Below are positions 11,848 to 21,057 of a stretch of DNA of 39,010 nt, in pieces. The DNA is from Patescibacteria group bacterium (GTDB lineage: Bacteria; Patescibacteriota; Minisyncoccia; UBA10092). A model generated the notes under the pieces. It searched no databases. It was not told where the DNA came from and worked only from the letters and a program-made list of their open reading frames with translations. The stretch's first letter is position 1. Each line of letters begins with the position of its first letter. Where the stretch lies: the NCBI GenBank assembly GCA_043812515.1, contig JBDRMC010000007.1:1-39010 (forward strand), written 5' to 3'. The position numbers and the translations under genes are program-made.

Positions 11848-11920
11848 AAATATATTTTTATTCTATCACTAAAAAATTATCAATCAAAATTTTTTTATCA
11901 AAAATTCTCGACAAAAACAG

Positions 11921-11962
11921 AATTACATATATTCAATGCTATAGCATACAATATATGTAATT
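11921..11962. repeat. Second copy of the 42-bp palindromic repeat (imperfect arms)
   Basis: AATTACATATATTCAATGCTATAGCATACAATATATGTAATT shares the outer AATTACATATAT arms and the TGCTATAGCA core with 6418-6459. Both copies are followed by TGA. Confidence 0.8.
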
Positions 11963-11983
11963 TGATATTATGAGAGGCGGTGT

Positions 11984-12012
11984 TTGACAGACTATGTGAT
12001 TTTTGTTAGTAT
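11984..12012 (+). promoter_or_regulatory. Sigma-70-type promoter: TTGACA, 17-nt spacer, TGtTAGTAT
   Basis: Consensus -35 at 11984-11989 and an extended -10 at 12004-12012, upstream of the strong Shine-Dalgarno AAAGGAGGTG and the ATG at 12063. Confidence 0.6.
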
Positions 12013-12062
12013 ATAAATACAGTTCGTTGACCATTTAATAATGATGAAAAGGAGGTGTTTTT

Positions 12063-12383
12063 ATGGGGGGAAAAGGAATAACGATTAAAACATTGAAGGA
12101 AAATCCTGATGGAACGAAGTTGGCTAAAGTTGGTAAAGTGAAAGTAACAATTTGTCCTTACAAAAATCATCCGGATAAATTTTCTGATTTACGGATTCCC
12201 GGCTATTACGAACAGCCGTGGCCCGACGGATGTCTCAATTGTCATTTCTGTCACCAAACTAAGGATCTTAGCGAACTTAAGCTGGTTTGCGGATTGACAC
12301 TCAACGACAGGGGATATTTCAGCGGAGTAAGCCCTCTGGGAAAATGCAAGAAGTACGTTAAAGGAAAAAGCCTTTTCCCGTGA
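12063..12383 (+). CDS. Small Cys/His-rich hypothetical protein (106 aa)
   Basis: ORF with a near-consensus promoter, a strong Shine-Dalgarno and a downstream terminator. Eight Cys, including CLNCHFCH. No family recognised. Confidence 0.75.
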   Translation: MGGKGITIKTLKENPDGTKLAKVGKVKVTICPYKNHPDKFSDLRIPGYYEQPWPDGCLNCHFCHQTKDLSELKLVCGLTLNDRGYFSGVSPLGKCKKYVKGKSLFP

Positions 12384-12400
12384 TTTTCAATGTAAAGCCA

Positions 12401-12436
12401 AAACCGCTTGGTTCTAAAACAGAATCAGCGGTTTTT
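12401..12436 (+). terminator. Rho-independent terminator
   Basis: AAACCGCT...AGCGGTTT stem with an inner TTCT/AGAA helix, followed by TTTTT. Confidence 0.75.
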
Positions 12437-12495
12437 ATTTTGTGATAAATGTTGCCAAAGAAAATTTTTTATGTTAATATCGGAGAAATAAATTT

Positions 12496-12780
12496 ATGGG
12501 TGGAGTACAGGTAAAAAGACACACAAAAGGCAAGAGAAACCGGAGACGGTCGCATTTGGCTTTGAAAAAAACCTTTTTAGCGATATGTTCAAAATGCAAT
12601 AGAGAAGTTTTGCCGCATCGCGTTTGCGCTCATTGCGGTTTTTACGATGGTAAGGAAGTTATAGATGTTATGGCGAAACTGACTAAAAAGGAAAAAAAGC
12701 GCCGAGAAAAAGAGGAAGCCGCGGAACAGAAGGCGCGCGGTTCGGAACTGAATCCGGAAAAACTTTCTAAAAAAACATAA
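12496..12780 (+). CDS. rpmF: 50S ribosomal protein L32 with a Lys/Glu-rich C-terminal extension
   Basis: KRHTKGKRNRRRSH and the zinc-ribbon-like CSKCNREVLPHRVCAHCGFYDGKEV. Confidence 0.85.
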   Translation: MGGVQVKRHTKGKRNRRRSHLALKKTFLAICSKCNREVLPHRVCAHCGFYDGKEVIDVMAKLTKKEKKRREKEEAAEQKARGSELNPEKLSKKT

Positions 12781-12785
12781 ACATA

Positions 12786-14222
12786 ATGAGATTTTTTAAA
12801 AGACCAATTTTCATATCAGTTATAGTTATTTTGGTAATTGTTTTGGGCGGTTATTTTATTTTCGCCGGCGGTAAAAAACCGGAAACAGAATTTATTACTG
12901 TTAAAAGAGGCGCTATTCTTCAAGAGGTGAGTGTTGTCGGTAATGTTAAGCCGGTTAAAAACGTTAACTTGGCGTTTGAAAAAAGCGGAAAAATCTCATT
13001 TGTCTTGGTTGAAGTCGGCGATCATGTCTCAAGTGGCGCTACATTGGTTGGTCAAAATAATTCCGAGTTTTACAGCCAGCTTGAAAAAGCCAATGCCGAT
13101 TTAGAAATACAAAAAGCCGAATTTAACAAATCGGAAATTGTTCTAGATAATTATTATTCGGCCGTTTCCAATATTTTAAATGACGCTTATAACAAAGCCG
13201 ACGATGCGGTACGAAAACAAGTTGACAGTTTTTTTACCGACGGAGAATCCGATACTCCGAAATTAAATTTCACGACCACCAATTCCCAGGCCCAAACCGA
13301 CTCACAAAATGGCCGCTTAACCTCCAGAGCCGAGCTCGATAACTGGAAGAGTGAACTTAATAAATTGGACGCAAATTCGCGCAATGAACTAAATTTGGCG
13401 CTTTCAAAAACCGAATCTCACCTTAAAATTATTCGCGATTTTTTGCTTGACGCCATGGATTCTCTCGAAAAAGCCAACAATTTGTCCGCCGCAACTCTGG
13501 ATTCTTATAAAGCGAATTTAACTACTGCAAGAACAAGCATAAACACCGCATTAACCAACATCAGCGACCAAAAACAGTCAATTAATTTACAGGGCGCGAA
13601 CATTGTTTCCGAAGAAGTTTCTATCAGGTCATATGAAGCTTCGGTTGGTAATATAGAGGCCCAGATTGAAAAAACAGTTTTACGCTCCCCAATAAATGGC
13701 ATTATCACAAAACAAGACGCTAAAGTGGGAGAGATTGCAGTCGCAAATTCCGTTTTGGTTTCGATTCTTTCTTCCGTTTATGAAATTGAAGCGTTTATTC
13801 CCGAAGTTGATATTGCCAAAATAAAAGTCGGCGATTCCGCCAATGTGACTCTTGATGCCTACGGCAGAGATGTTGTTTTTGAAGCAAAAGTAATCTCTAT
13901 AAATCCCGCCGAAACAATGGTTGAGGGCGTCGCTACATATAAAACAACATTGCGGCTTGATTCTGGCGACAAGCCGATTAAATCGGGGATGACCGCCAAT
14001 TTGGATATTTTAACCGCTCAAAAAGATGACGCGCTTATTGTTCCGCAAAGAGCCGTAACATCGGCTAACAGTGATAAATTTGTGGATATTTATGACCCGG
14101 CATCGGCTCAAAACGGGGGTATAACAACGGTTAAGGTTGTAACCGGCCTTCGCGGCTCCGACGGAAACATAGAGATTTTGGAAGGCCTGAAAGAAGACGA
14201 CAAAGTAGTCATTTCTCAATGA
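12786..14222 (+). CDS. HlyD/MacA-family periplasmic adaptor (membrane fusion) protein
   Basis: N-terminal TM helix, long coiled-coil segment, C-terminal beta-barrel motifs (LRSPINGIIT, VTLDAY). Directly upstream of the ABC ATPase and permease. Confidence 0.85.
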   Translation: MRFFKRPIFISVIVILVIVLGGYFIFAGGKKPETEFITVKRGAILQEVSVVGNVKPVKNVNLAFEKSGKISFVLVEVGDHVSSGATLVGQNNSEFYSQLEKANADLEIQKAEFNKSEIVLDNYYSAVSNILNDAYNKADDAVRKQVDSFFTDGESDTPKLNFTTTNSQAQTDSQNGRLTSRAELDNWKSELNKLDANSRNELNLALSKTESHLKIIRDFLLDAMDSLEKANNLSAATLDSYKANLTTARTSINTALTNISDQKQSINLQGANIVSEEVSIRSYEASVGNIEAQIEKTVLRSPINGIITKQDAKVGEIAVANSVLVSILSSVYEIEAFIPEVDIAKIKVGDSANVTLDAYGRDVVFEAKVISINPAETMVEGVATYKTTLRLDSGDKPIKSGMTANLDILTAQKDDALIVPQRAVTSANSDKFVDIYDPASAQNGGITTVKVVTGLRGSDGNIEILEGLKEDDKVVISQ

Positions 14223-14935
14223 TGGCTATTATTAAGGCAGAAAAATTAGAAAAAATTTACCGCGATGAAATTGAAACAGTGGCTTTGCGCGGTCTTGATT
14301 TTTCTATTGAAAAAGGAGAGTTCATTTCAATTATGGGACCTTCCGGTTCCGGTAAATCAACCCTTCTTCATATTTTAGGGTTTTTAGACCGGCTTACGGG
14401 CGGGGATTATCTTTTTGAAGGAAAGAGCATGAATAGTTACTCCGATGAAGAATTGGCGAAGGTGCGCAATAAAAAAATGGGATTTATTTTTCAAGCATTT
14501 AATCTTCTGCCCAGAACTTCAGTTTTAGAAAATGTAAAACTGCCCTTGCTTTATTCCGATGTCAAAGAATCTCTTTGGAATGAGATGGCTTTGAAGGCGA
14601 TTGATTCGGTTGGCATGGCTCACAGGATAGATTACGAACCGGCCCATCTTTCCGGCGGTGAAAAGCAAAGAATCGCCATAGCGCGCGCGCTGGTTAATGA
14701 TCCCTCGGTAATTTTTGCCGATGAACCAACCGGCAATCTTGATTCAAAATCCGGCGGTCAGGTTATGGAAATTTTGGAAAAACTCCACACCGAGGGTCGC
14801 ACGATTATTTTAGTGACTCACGAAACATACACCGCCGAATATGCCCATCGGTTGATTAAAATCAAAGATGGCCTTATTGAAGTTGACGAAGTCGTTGAAC
14901 AGAAACACAAACATCAAAACGGATTTTTCAAATAA
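14219..14935 (+). CDS. ABC transporter ATP-binding protein (MacB/LolD-like)
   Basis: Walker [10 protein letters not shown], signature [15 protein letters not shown], Walker [12 protein letters not shown]. Confidence 0.93.
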   Translation: MMAIIKAEKLEKIYRDEIETVALRGLDFSIEKGEFISIMGPSGSGKSTLLHILGFLDRLTGGDYLFEGKSMNSYSDEELAKVRNKKMGFIFQAFNLLPRTSVLENVKLPLLYSDVKESLWNEMALKAIDSVGMAHRIDYEPAHLSGGEKQRIAIARALVNDPSVIFADEPTGNLDSKSGGQVMEILEKLHTEGRTIILVTHETYTAEYAHRLIKIKDGLIEVDEVVEQKHKHQNGFFK

Positions 14936-14944
14936 TCCATAATT

Positions 14945-16183
14945 ATGCGTATCAAATACACGGCAAAAACTGCATTCAGAGGGCTTACGATAAATAAAAT
15001 GAGAAGTTTTTTAACTTTGCTCGGTATTGTCATTGGCATCGCGGCGATTATTTTAATAATGTCCCTGGGGCAGGGAGCTCAAAATCTTATTTTGAGCCAG
15101 ATTCAAAGTATGGGCCCAAAAGTCATCGCCATTGCTCCCGGCCGCCAGCCGCAGGGGATCACCGACATGCTTGCAACTTTTACCGACTCACTTAAAGAAA
15201 AGGATATTGAAGAACTTAAAAAGAAAAATAACGTACCTCATTTGGCGGATATTATGCCGATAGTTTTTGGAAGCCAAACCGCTATTTATGAAAATGAAGC
15301 TTATCGGCCCACAATTCTCGGCGTTACCGGTCTTTTTACCAAAATCTATAATATTTATCCTTCGGAAGGCAGAATTTTTACGGATGAAGAAGTAAAAGGA
15401 TATTCCGATGTGGTTATAATCGGTTCAAAAGTTAAAGACCAGCTTTTCGGCAATGACAGCGCGCTGGGGCAAAGGATTAAAATTAAAGGAAAAAATTTCA
15501 GGATTATCGGAATTTTCCCTAAAACGGGGCAGGTGAGTTTTTTAAATTTTGACGATATTGCCATTATCCCTTACACCACCGCTCAGCAATATATTTTCGG
15601 AATAAAATACTTCAATCGTGTAGTAATTGAAGTTGACAGTGAAGAAAATGTTAATCGCACGGTTGATGATATAAAAATAACTTTAAGAAACAATCATAAT
15701 ATTTCCGACCCGTCCAAAGATGATTTTTTTGTTGAAACTCAAGCTGAAGCCCTAAAGATGGTAAGCTCTATAACGGATATTTTCACCTTATTTTTGGCGG
15801 CCATCGCCGCAATTTCTCTTTTTGTCGGCGGTATCGGTATTATGAATATCATGTTAGTGTCGGTGACGGAACGAACGAGAGAAATCGGCCTTCGCAAGGC
15901 GCTTGGCGCCACCGGCAAGAATATTTTAATTCAATTTCTTCTTGAAGCGATCATTCTTACAACTATGGGCGGAATAATCGGCATTGCGTCAGGGGTTTTC
16001 CTTTCATTTATCATTTCTTTTATTTTAGGGAATTATTTAGCGTTGGCGTGGCAGTTTTCAATTCCGATTCCGGCAATAATCTTAGGGCTTGGTGTAGCTA
16101 CTCTTATCGGCCTTGTTTTCGGCATCTATCCGGCCCGCAAAGCTTCCCGCAAAAGCCCGATGGAGGCATTGCGATACGAATAA
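14945..16183 (+). CDS. ABC transporter permease, MacB/FtsX-like
   Basis: N-terminal TM helix, large extracytoplasmic domain, C-terminal FtsX-type TM bundle (VGGIGIMNIMLVSVTERTREIGLRKALGA). Confidence 0.9.
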   Translation: MRIKYTAKTAFRGLTINKMRSFLTLLGIVIGIAAIILIMSLGQGAQNLILSQIQSMGPKVIAIAPGRQPQGITDMLATFTDSLKEKDIEELKKKNNVPHLADIMPIVFGSQTAIYENEAYRPTILGVTGLFTKIYNIYPSEGRIFTDEEVKGYSDVVIIGSKVKDQLFGNDSALGQRIKIKGKNFRIIGIFPKTGQVSFLNFDDIAIIPYTTAQQYIFGIKYFNRVVIEVDSEENVNRTVDDIKITLRNNHNISDPSKDDFFVETQAEALKMVSSITDIFTLFLAAIAAISLFVGGIGIMNIMLVSVTERTREIGLRKALGATGKNILIQFLLEAIILTTMGGIIGIASGVFLSFIISFILGNYLALAWQFSIPIPAIILGLGVATLIGLVFGIYPARKASRKSPMEALRYE

Positions 16184-16186
16184 TTT

Positions 16187-16627
16187 ATGAATAAAAAACT
16201 ATTGTTATTTATAATTGGGCTTATTATTTTAGCGATTGCCGGCGTGGTTATTTTTTATAATTCTGATTCACCGCCGATAAATAATGATTTTATTCAATCA
16301 ACCGCGCAAGCGCCGGCAGTAGAGGGCGATATTATTAATTCCGGTATCGCCGGCAGAGTGGTCTTGTTGGGTGGCGGACCGTATGAATATGAAGCATCTC
16401 TTGAAATTTTCTCCGCCAAAGGCGGATCCGCCTCTGGCGGAGAAAATGATACGCCCTTTATTTCAATCCGGACTCACAGTGATGGGACTTTCCAGATTCC
16501 TTTGCGTCCCGGCTCTTATATTTTGAAACCCACGGATCCCGATGGTTCCATCGCGCCGGCTCGCGACAACTATCCTTTTACGGTGGGCAATGGACAATGG
16601 CTTCAGGTTAGAGTTGAATATAGATAA
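16187..16627 (+). CDS. Signal-anchored hypothetical protein with a carboxypeptidase-regulatory-like beta-sandwich segment
   Basis: N-terminal TM helix. DGTFQIPLRPGSYILKP motif. Contains an in-frame R element. Confidence 0.7.
   Translation: MNKKLLLFIIGLIILAIAGVVIFYNSDSPPINNDFIQSTAQAPAVEGDIINSGIAGRVVLLGGGPYEYEASLEIFSAKGGSASGGENDTPFISIRTHSDGTFQIPLRPGSYILKPTDPDGSIAPARDNYPFTVGNGQWLQVRVEYR
16412..16441 (+). repeat. 30-nt double-hairpin element (R element), in frame
   Basis: TCCGCCAAAGGCGGATCCGCCTCTGGCGGA encodes SAKGGSASGG. Confidence 0.8.
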
Positions 16628-16628
16628 C

Positions 16629-18416
16629 ATGACTGACCAGGTTCAGGAGATAAAAGAAAAACTTAATATAGTCGACGTAATCTCCGGCTATATCCGCCTG
16701 CAAAAAGCCGGCATCAACCACAAAGGATTGTGTCCGTTTCATAATGAGAAGACGCCGTCATTTATGGTTTCGCCGTCGCGCCAAAACTGGCACTGCTTCG
16801 GCTGCGCCGAAGGCGGCGATATTTTTACGTTCATTCAAAAAATCGAAGGCGTCGAATTTCTGGAAGCGCTGAAAATTTTAGCGGAAAAAGCGGGAGTGGC
16901 TTTGAAATACAGCGACCCGAAATTGCGGACCGAAAAAGACAGAATTTATGAAATCTGCGAAAAAGCAACTCAATTTTTTTCCGCTTCATTAAATAATACG
17001 GGTGATATTTCAGATTATCTTCGCAAAAGGGGGGTGCGGGAGGAAACCGTAAACGAATGGCGGCTCGGTTACGCGCCGGATTCCTGGAATTCACTTTTGT
17101 CATTTTTATCAAAGCAGGGCTATCGCGAAGCGGAAATGGAAAAAGCCGGTTTGGTTATCCAGGCAGTAAAATATCACGACAGGTTCAGAAACCGTCTGAT
17201 GTTTCCGATTTTTGATTCCAACGGGCGCGTAGTGGCTTTTTCCGGCCGTATCATGGGCGACATTATTCCTTCCAAAACTGAAAGAGCCGACAGCGGCAAA
17301 TATGTCAATTCTCCGGAAACGATTTTATATAGCAAAAGCAAAATTCTTTACGGTTTGGATAAGGCAAAAACGGAAATAAGAAAAGCCGATAATGTAGTTT
17401 TGGTTGAGGGACAAATGGATGCGATTCTGCCGTGGCAAGACGGAATAAAAAATATTGTGGCGACATCGGGCACGGCTTTAACCGAAAATCATCTTTCAAT
17501 TTTGAAACGGCTCACCAACAATTTAATTTTAGCCTTTGATATGGACGATGCCGGTTTTCGCGCCACCAAACGCGGTATTGATTTGGCGAATGAATTGGGA
17601 TTCGGCGTTTCGGTTTTGGACATTTCTTCGGGCAAAGACCCCGCCGATTTCGTCAAAGAACGGCCGGGAGAATTTGCCAAGCTTGTTTTGGAGAGCCAGC
17701 CGATTATGGCTTATTATTTCAACCGGGTGTTCGGTAAATTTTCAGCCGACAAAATTGAAGGAAAAAAATTCATTGCCATAACCTTGCTTCCCGAAATAAA
17801 GCGTTTGCCCAGCGCCGTGGAAAGAAGCGGCTGGCTCAGAGAACTGTCACTGCGACTGGGGGTTTCCGAAGGCGACCTGAAAGAAGAAATGGAACGCCCC
17901 GATGCCGAGATTGACGTGCCGTTGAGAAATGCTGTCCCTTCGGGCCAAAAGGCCGATTCAACTTCGGAACGGGGACGACGGGGACGGCGAGAAATTTTGA
18001 GCGAACGCCTTTTGGCGTTATTATTAAAAAAGCCGGAATTTATCGCCGAAGCGGTTAAAGCGGCCGCTATTTTACCTAAAAACGATTTTGAAATCTTAAG
18101 CGCTTTAGTGGCGAATCAAAACGAATTTTCCGCGACAAGGGCGGCGCTTTCCGCGGATTTGCGCCCGCGGCTCGACTTTTTATATCTTGCCGGCGATTAC
18201 GAGTTGGAAAAAGCGGATGCCAATTTTAATATCGGCGATGAAGTGAAACTTTTAATTAAAGAAATCGAACGCGAACGCCACAAAGAAAGTTTACAAAAAA
18301 TCGGCCAGCAAATAAGAAAATGCGAGGCGGAAGAAGGCCTCGATATGAATCAATTGACGGAGGAATTCCAAAACGTTACCAATAAACTCTATAAAATAGA
18401 TGAAAACAAAAAATAA
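16629..18416 (+). CDS. dnaG: DNA primase. The ATG at 16629 is preferred over the track start at 16542.
   Basis: Zinc finger [25 protein letters not shown], Toprim VVLVEGQMD and FDMDDAG. Confidence 0.93.
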   Translation: MTDQVQEIKEKLNIVDVISGYIRLQKAGINHKGLCPFHNEKTPSFMVSPSRQNWHCFGCAEGGDIFTFIQKIEGVEFLEALKILAEKAGVALKYSDPKLRTEKDRIYEICEKATQFFSASLNNTGDISDYLRKRGVREETVNEWRLGYAPDSWNSLLSFLSKQGYREAEMEKAGLVIQAVKYHDRFRNRLMFPIFDSNGRVVAFSGRIMGDIIPSKTERADSGKYVNSPETILYSKSKILYGLDKAKTEIRKADNVVLVEGQMDAILPWQDGIKNIVATSGTALTENHLSILKRLTNNLILAFDMDDAGFRATKRGIDLANELGFGVSVLDISSGKDPADFVKERPGEFAKLVLESQPIMAYYFNRVFGKFSADKIEGKKFIAITLLPEIKRLPSAVERSGWLRELSLRLGVSEGDLKEEMERPDAEIDVPLRNAVPSGQKADSTSERGRRGRREILSERLLALLLKKPEFIAEAVKAAAILPKNDFEILSALVANQNEFSATRAALSADLRPRLDFLYLAGDYELEKADANFNIGDEVKLLIKEIERERHKESLQKIGQQIRKCEAEEGLDMNQLTEEFQNVTNKLYKIDENKK

Positions 18417-19635
18417 AAAAAATACTGCTAGAAAAAAACAAGGCAAGAGCCCGAAAGCGATTAAGAGAGCCGCAAAAGATGCGAGACTCAAAAACAGGTT
18501 GAAATCCAAATTGAGAAAAAAAATAAAACCGGCGCCGAAAGTTAATAAGAAAGAGCGGATTTTCGAAGGACGCGTTCAGGCCATAATCAGTCGCGGTCGG
18601 GAGAGAGGATTTATCACCGAAACGGAAATTTTAAAATTTTTTCCGGATGTTGAAAAAGATATCACGGAACTTGAACGTCTTTATGACCGCTTGGAAGAAG
18701 CGAGCATTAAAGTTGAGGAGAGCCGGGAATTTATAGAAGAGGTAATTCCGGAGCCGAGCGAAGAGGAAATCAACAAGGCGTTGAATATTGAAGCGGATGA
18801 CACAATAGCCTTTGATTCGGTGCAATTATATCTCCGAGAAATCGGCAAAACCCCGCTTTTAACAAGCGACGAAGAAAAAGAATTGGCGAAAAAGAATGAA
18901 AAGGGCGACCTTGAAGCGCGAAACAAATTGATTCAGTCAAACTTGCGGCTGGTCGTTTCAATCGCCAAGCGCTATATCGGCCGCAGTCCGAACTTGACTC
19001 TTTTGGATTTGATTCAAGAAGGAAATATGGGACTGGCGCGGGCGGTTGACAAGTTTGATTACCGCCGGGGTTTCAAATTTTCAACATACGCCACTTGGTG
19101 GATAAGGCAGGCGATAACCAGAGCGTTGGCCGACCAGTCGCGCACCATCAGAATCCCGGTACACATGGTTGAAACTATTTCCAAATATACTCAAATGAAA
19201 CGGCGGTTGTTCCAGGATTTGGGCAGAGAACCGTTGCCGGAAGAAGTTGCCTCCGAAATGGGCATTGATATTGAAAAAGTCCGCCATATAATAAAAATTT
19301 CCCAAGACACGATTTCTTTTGAATCACCGGTCGGCGACGACGAAGATGATTCATCGCTTGGCGATTTTATTGAAGACGAAAAAGGAATAACGCCGGTGCA
19401 ATCGGCGGCGATGCGCCTTTTGGCCGACCAGATAAAAGAAATTATCAATGATCTCCAGCCGCGGGAACAGAAAATTTTGAAAATGAGATTCGGTCTGGAA
19501 GACGGGGTGGCGCACACGCTTGAAGAAGTCGGCAACGAATTCGGGGTTACCCGCGAGCGTATCCGCCAGATTGAGTTCAAAGCGCTGGAAAGAATTCGCC
19601 AGCATCATAATCTAAAAAAACTTGAAGGATATTAA
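18400..19635 (+). CDS. rpoD: RNA polymerase sigma-70 factor RpoD
   Basis: [62 protein letters not shown], region 4 [20 protein letters not shown]. Confidence 0.95.
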   Translation: MKTKNKKNTARKKQGKSPKAIKRAAKDARLKNRLKSKLRKKIKPAPKVNKKERIFEGRVQAIISRGRERGFITETEILKFFPDVEKDITELERLYDRLEEASIKVEESREFIEEVIPEPSEEEINKALNIEADDTIAFDSVQLYLREIGKTPLLTSDEEKELAKKNEKGDLEARNKLIQSNLRLVVSIAKRYIGRSPNLTLLDLIQEGNMGLARAVDKFDYRRGFKFSTYATWWIRQAITRALADQSRTIRIPVHMVETISKYTQMKRRLFQDLGREPLPEEVASEMGIDIEKVRHIIKISQDTISFESPVGDDEDDSSLGDFIEDEKGITPVQSAAMRLLADQIKEIINDLQPREQKILKMRFGLEDGVAHTLEEVGNEFGVTRERIRQIEFKALERIRQHHNLKKLEGY

Positions 19636-19725
19636 AATTGCAAATTTTCTAAGATTATTGTAGAATTCCCCGAGGTAAAAAGGGTTCATTGAAATATAAT
19701 AAAAGTTTCGGAAGGGAGGATATAA

Positions 19726-20112
19726 TTGAGAAATAAGAAGTTTTTGGCGATTCGCGAGGAGATTCGCAAAATGATGCAATCTTCTCAAGGACATTTGTCC
19801 TGTAAAATAGGGAAAAAAAGAGAAGAAAAAATAAAAGAATCTCTCCAAGAATTGAAAGAAGGGGGAATTATTCGTGATTTTTTACAGACAAATAAGCTTT
19901 CTTTCCCGGATATTGTAAGAGGGATTGATTTTTTTGTTATTCATGTAAGTGGCGCGAAATACAAGGTTTGCCCTCTTTCCGTTACAGGAGAGAGGTGGGT
20001 GAAAGGGGACCAGGATCGGCATCCAAATGTTCCAGTTGTTGCGATAGATCTTTCCGATACTTCCAATGCCATAAAAGGCAAAATTATGGAGGCGATAGGC
20101 CAAAATAAATAG
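19726..20112 (+). CDS. Hypothetical protein (128 aa), TTG start
   Basis: Strong Shine-Dalgarno GGAAGGGAGGA 5 nt upstream of the TTG. A terminator follows. No family recognised. Confidence 0.6.
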   Translation: MRNKKFLAIREEIRKMMQSSQGHLSCKIGKKREEKIKESLQELKEGGIIRDFLQTNKLSFPDIVRGIDFFVIHVSGAKYKVCPLSVTGERWVKGDQDRHPNVPVVAIDLSDTSNAIKGKIMEAIGQNK

Positions 20113-20113
20113 G

Positions 20114-20151
20114 GGCTCTTTGTAGTGAATATCTTTACAAAGAGCCTTTTT
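20114..20151 (+). terminator. Rho-independent terminator
   Basis: GGCTCTTTGTA...TACAAAGAGCC (11-bp stem) followed by TTTTT. Confidence 0.85.
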
Positions 20152-20299
20152 AAATTTAGTATGTATTCGTATATTCCGACATAGCGAAATGGGTGGAAGC
20201 GAGCAAGCGAGCTTTCACGGGCGTTCAATAATTTTATACTTTGCTGAACTCCGACATAGCTCAACGGTAGAGCGACTCCCTGTTAAGGAGTGGGTTCCT

Positions 20300-20340
20300 G
20301 GTTCTGCGCCAAAGGCGCATCCGCCTCTGGCGGAGAATCC
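20300..20340 (+). repeat. 41-bp direct repeat, left copy (GGTTC + R element + GAATCC)
   Basis: Identical to 20719-20759. Confidence 0.9.
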
Positions 20341-20377
20341 TAAAACATTAAATAATTTTAAATATAGATATCTGCGC

Positions 20378-20449
20378 TCCGACATAGCTCAACGGTAGAG
20401 CGACTCCCTGTTAAGGAGTGGGTTCCTGGTTCGAATCCAGGTGTCGGAG
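20378..20449 (+). tRNA. tRNA-Asn (anticodon GTT), intact; CCA not encoded
   Basis: TCCGACA acceptor, GCTC/GAGC D stem, ACTCC-CTGTTAA-GGAGT anticodon arm, CCTGG-TTCGAAT-CCAGG T arm, TGTCGGA plus discriminator G. Confidence 0.93.
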
Positions 20450-20473
20450 CGGAGATATCTATATCGCACGGGC

Positions 20474-20719
20474 ATGTATTATATTTATGTTATTAAAAGT
20501 TTGATTCACAATACTAGATATGTTGGCAGTACTGACAGAATAGAAAAACGAATTTCGGAACATAATTTAGGAAAGTGTCGTTACACGAGCGGTCGTCAGC
20601 CTTGGAAGTTAATATATCAAGAGGAATACAAAACACGAGGCGAGGCAATGAAAAGAGAAAAATTTTTAAAGTCTGGCATAGGTAGAAAATATTTGGATAA
20701 AGTATTAAAACAATTGTAG
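20474..20719 (+). CDS. Small GIY-YIG nuclease-family protein (81 aa). The ATG at 20474 is preferred over the track GTG at 20441, which lies inside the tRNA.
   Basis: YYIYVIKS...RYVGSTDRIEKRISEHN...WKLIYQEEY..R.EAMKREKFLK pattern of stand-alone GIY-YIG (URI-domain) proteins. Confidence 0.85.
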   Translation: MYYIYVIKSLIHNTRYVGSTDRIEKRISEHNLGKCRYTSGRQPWKLIYQEEYKTRGEAMKREKFLKSGIGRKYLDKVLKQL

Positions 20720-20759
20720 GTTCTGCGCCAAAGGCGCATCCGCCTCTGGCGGAGAATCC
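20719..20759 (+). repeat. 41-bp direct repeat, right copy
   Basis: Identical to 20300-20340. Its first base is the last base of the GIY-YIG stop codon. Confidence 0.9.
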
Positions 20760-20816
20760 AGGTGTCGGAGCAAATTTCTTTTAGTCAACCTTATATGGTT
20801 GTGATATGATTTTTAT

Positions 20817-20984
20817 ATGAATAAAAGTAGAATAATATACTCCATTCTCGCAATATTATTTGGGGTATTTATGTTTGTGTATGGTGAAATTGACGATAGT
20901 CCTGGAGGGCAGTTGCTCGGACTTATAGCAGTTATTATCGGCATTGTGGGCGTGATAAAGAGCAAGAAAAAACATTCTAATTAA
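20817..20984 (+). CDS. Small two-TM membrane protein (55 aa), below the ORF-track size cutoff
   Basis: ATG..TAA reading MNKSRIIYSILAILFGVFMFVYGEIDDSPGGQLLGLIAVIIGIVGVIKSKKKHSN: two hydrophobic helices and a basic tail. Confidence 0.45.
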   Translation: MNKSRIIYSILAILFGVFMFVYGEIDDSPGGQLLGLIAVIIGIVGVIKSKKKHSN

Positions 20985-21057
20985 AATAAGTTCTAGCGTC
21001 GTGCAGCGTTTGGAGCATCATTGACATTCCCATTATTTTATTGTACTGTTTGTTTTT

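Larger units (their letters stand above)
20305..20753 (+). mobile_element. 449-bp insert in the tRNA-Asn T-loop. It is bounded by R elements and carries an intact tRNA-Asn and a GIY-YIG gene.
   Basis: Direct repeats at both ends. The inner tRNA is flanked by 12-bp inverted repeats ATATAGATATCT (20362-20373) and AGATATCTATAT (20453-20464). Confidence 0.5.
20250..20770 (+). pseudogene. Outer, interrupted tRNA-Asn(GTT). The 5' part is 20250-20304 and the 3' part is 20754-20770, split in the T-loop.
   Basis: 20250-20304 is identical to 20378-20432 of the intact copy. 20754-20770 (GAATCCAGGTGTCGGAG) is identical to the intact 3' end. Joining the two parts restores a full tRNA-Asn. Confidence 0.75.

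Noticed and set aside
16542-16628. Upstream extension of dnaG overlapping the preceding gene by 86 nt
   Set aside because: The extension has no primase similarity. The ATG at 16629 gives the canonical N-terminus just before the zinc finger.
20189-20398. 69-aa ORF from the track
   Set aside because: It reads straight through the tRNA-Asn fragment, the R element and the start of the intact tRNA, so it is an artefact of the RNA and repeat sequence.
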